A stretch of 61,148 bases of DNA from Minisyncoccota bacterium (lineage in GTDB: Bacteria; Patescibacteriota; Minisyncoccia; Phycocordibacterales; UBA2100). The notes under the pieces were generated by a model. That model had not been told where the DNA came from, did not search any database, and saw nothing but the letters and a program-made list of their open reading frames with translations. This document shows, in pieces, positions 59,676 through 61,148 of this stretch. The DNA is taken from positions 1 through 61,148 of the forward strand of contig DATMBM010000014.1 of NCBI GenBank assembly GCA_035559235.1, written 5' to 3'. Position numbers and translations under genes: made by a program. Each line of letters begins with the position of its first letter. Within the stretch, counting starts at the first letter, position 1.

Positions 59676-60380
59676 ATGTTTGACGCGTCGCTTGAAGGCT
59701 ACGCCCTCGCCATCGCTGCGGGGATCTTCCCTGCGCTTGCGTGGCTGTGGTTCTGGCTAAAGGAAGATTCGCGCCATCCGGAGCCTCGCCGTCTCATTGC
59801 ACTCGCATTTATCGCCGGCATGCTCACCGTCGTGATCGTGATTCCTATCCAGAAGTATGTCGTGCAGTTTCTGGCGACTCAGACGATGATTTTCGCCGCC
59901 TGGTCGATGATCGAAGAGTTCGCCAAGTACCTCGTCGCCTGGGTGACGGTGCTCCACAGACGCGAAAACGACGAACCGATCGATGCGGTGGTCTACCTAG
60001 TCGCCGTGGCATTAGGCTTCGCGGGGCTTGAAAACGCCCTATTCCTCCTCTCGCCGCTTGCCGGCGACACGGTGGCGCAGACCGTCATGACGGGGAATCT
60101 GCGGTTCATAGGCGCGACGCTCCTGCATGTGTTCTCCTCGGCAATCGTCGGCATCATGCTTGCATATTCATTTTATAAACCGGTTCTCGTGCGAGAATGG
60201 TACGCGGCAGTCGGAGTTATCCTCGCTGCCCTTTTGCACTCTGTGTTCAACTTCCTTATACTGAACACGGCAGATGAGCACTTGCTGAGCACATTTGCCG
60301 GGGTCTGGATCGGCGTCATTGCCGTCCTCGCCGCCCTAGAATTCGTTAAACGAATTCGCCCTCGTCTTTCGGGGCGATAG
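59676..60380 (+). CDS. PrsW-family intramembrane metalloprotease
   Basis: FPALAWLWFWLKEDSRHPEP, MIEEFAKYL, GFAGLENALF, LLHVFSSAIVG, LLHSVFNF. Confidence 0.8.
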   Translation: MFDASLEGYALAIAAGIFPALAWLWFWLKEDSRHPEPRRLIALAFIAGMLTVVIVIPIQKYVVQFLATQTMIFAAWSMIEEFAKYLVAWVTVLHRRENDEPIDAVVYLVAVALGFAGLENALFLLSPLAGDTVAQTVMTGNLRFIGATLLHVFSSAIVGIMLAYSFYKPVLVREWYAAVGVILAALLHSVFNFLILNTADEHLLSTFAGVWIGVIAVLAALEFVKRIRPRLSGR

Positions 60381-60395
60381 TGTATACTTTGTACC

Positions 60396-60899
60396 ATGAA
60401 TAGACAATCGTTCTTTTCCCGGCTCACCGGCCAAAGCAGCCCCGACCAGTACGACGATTTCCTTGACGACCCGCAAGCCCACCGAGTGCCGTTTACCGGC
60501 TCCGGGCGGGAGCGCACGGCGCATATTACGCCTAAAAGCGAGCCTGAAGAGTGGCAACAGGCCGAGGGCGAGGGAGAACTTGCCGTCGACGTCTACCAGA
60601 CGCCCGATAGCATTGTCGTAAAGGCGCTTGTCGCAGGCGTGCAGCCGCAAACAATCGATATTTCCCTGACGCGCGAGATGCTCACGGTCTCCGGCATTCG
60701 CCAAGACGAGCGTGAAGTCGAGGAAGAAAACTATTTCCAGCGGGAGCTCTATTGGGGCTCATTCTCCCGCACCATCCTTTTGCCTGAAGAAGTCGACGTG
60801 GAGCGCGCCGAAGCGAGCGAAAAACATGGGGTTTTAATGATACGACTCCCGAAAATCAACAAAAAACGCGAGACGAAATTGAAAGTGCGGATGCGGTAA
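60396..60899 (+). CDS. Hsp20/alpha-crystallin small heat-shock protein
   Basis: LAVDVYQTPDSIVVKALVAGV...LTVSG...GSFSRTILLPEEVD...ASEKHGVLMIRLPK. Confidence 0.9.
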   Translation: MNRQSFFSRLTGQSSPDQYDDFLDDPQAHRVPFTGSGRERTAHITPKSEPEEWQQAEGEGELAVDVYQTPDSIVVKALVAGVQPQTIDISLTREMLTVSGIRQDEREVEEENYFQRELYWGSFSRTILLPEEVDVERAEASEKHGVLMIRLPKINKKRETKLKVRMR

Positions 60900-60904
60900 G
60901 ATAA

Positions 60905-60913
60905 TGGTATAGT
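60905..60913 (+). promoter_or_regulatory. extended -10 (TGGTATAGT) 9 nt upstream of the tRNA-Phe 5' end
   Basis: TGG TATAGT GCCGTCGAA then G+1 of the tRNA. Confidence 0.45.
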
Positions 60914-60922
60914 GCCGTCGAA

Positions 60923-60995
60923 GCTTGGGTAGCTCAGTTGGTAGAGCGTCCGCCTGAAGAGCGGTAGGTCGCCGGTTCGATCCCGGCCCCAAGCA
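60923..60995 (+). tRNA. tRNA-Phe (anticodon GAA), no encoded CCA
   Basis: Manual cloverleaf: acceptor GCTTGGG/CCCAAGC, D arm GCTC AGTTGGTA GAGC, anticodon loop CTGAAGA, T arm GCCGG TTCGATC CCGGC. Confidence 0.9.
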
Positions 60996-61019
60996 CCGTT
61001 TATTGCCCGCCTCGCCGCC

Positions 61020-61038
61020 GTGCCGCAGAAAGCGGCAC
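61020..61038 (+). terminator. hairpin downstream of tRNA-Phe
   Basis: GTGCCGC-AGAAA-GCGGCAC 7-bp stem. A T7 run follows about 17 nt later. Confidence 0.35.
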
Positions 61039-61148
61039 TGCCTCGCAGAAAAACTTTTTTTACAATTCTGATTTTGCGCGCGCCACCAAAAAATTCCTCT
61101 AAAAAAAGGAAAAGAAAGTTTTTCTGCTCGGTTCCGCGCTCTCGCGCG

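Noticed and set aside
1-61148. Search for CRISPR arrays, rRNA, tmRNA, RNase P RNA, SRP RNA, IS elements, integrases, toxin-antitoxin pairs and known defence genes
   Set aside because: I saw no regularly spaced direct repeats and no characteristic conserved RNA motifs (for example GGUUCGAAUC-type tmRNA ends or the RNase P GGAAAGUCC box). I also saw no transposase, integrase or nuclease-type ORFs. A covariance-model and HMM scan would be needed to exclude them formally.

Overview
GC-rich, very gene-dense 61-kb chromosomal segment with about 65 protein genes and 2 tRNAs. By eye I found no rRNA, CRISPR array, transposase or integrase. The housekeeping genes (tgt, obg, glyA, folA, valS, tsaC, tsaD, tRNA-Val, tRNA-Phe), shortened conserved proteins (747-aa ValRS, 320-aa Obg), a DUF5666/DUF5667-ECF sigma module and many membrane-anchored hypotheticals suggest a small-genome bacterium, possibly Patescibacteria/CPR (inference only). 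Functional islands: (1) 544-6036, trehalose-type sugar island (GT4, IMPase-family phosphatase, short TreS-like GH13, OtsA fused to a membrane sensor-like module). (2) 17792-28091, two paralogous MASE1 hybrid histidine kinases bracketing a beta-glucoside-to-fructose-6-P operon (cupin PGI, GH1, DMT transporter, clan GH-A hydrolase, ROK kinase) and a repeat-containing surface protein with a VPNTG sorting signal. (3) 28187-30827, OmpR-type RR, intramembrane-sensing HK and VanY-like carboxypeptidase. (4) 31185-37521, hyaluronan-synthase-like exopolysaccharide locus (sugar dehydrogenase, HasA-like GT2, CE4 deacetylase, three ConA-like jelly-roll domains). (5) 38593-41434, DUF5666 protein, ECF sigma and anti-sigma-like protein. 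(6) 43924-50403, folate/pyrimidine island. The strongest lead is in island 6. The ThyA-family enzyme has Asp at the position that makes thymidylate synthase read uracil (E. coli Asn177). It sits with a dCMP deaminase, a MazG-type pyrophosphatase, SHMT, DHFR, a CofE-like ligase and a Dcd/Dut-fold protein that appears to lack both families' catalytic carboxylates. This suggests a dCMP C5-methylation/hydroxymethylation route, either a dUMP-independent path to dTMP or supply of modified cytosine. A window-wide second signal is a leaderless promoter architecture: (TGn)TAnnnT lies 6-10 nt upstream of at least 23 start codons and 8-9 nt upstream of both tRNA 5' ends. All domain calls come from motif recognition by eye and memory of family sequences; no database search was run.
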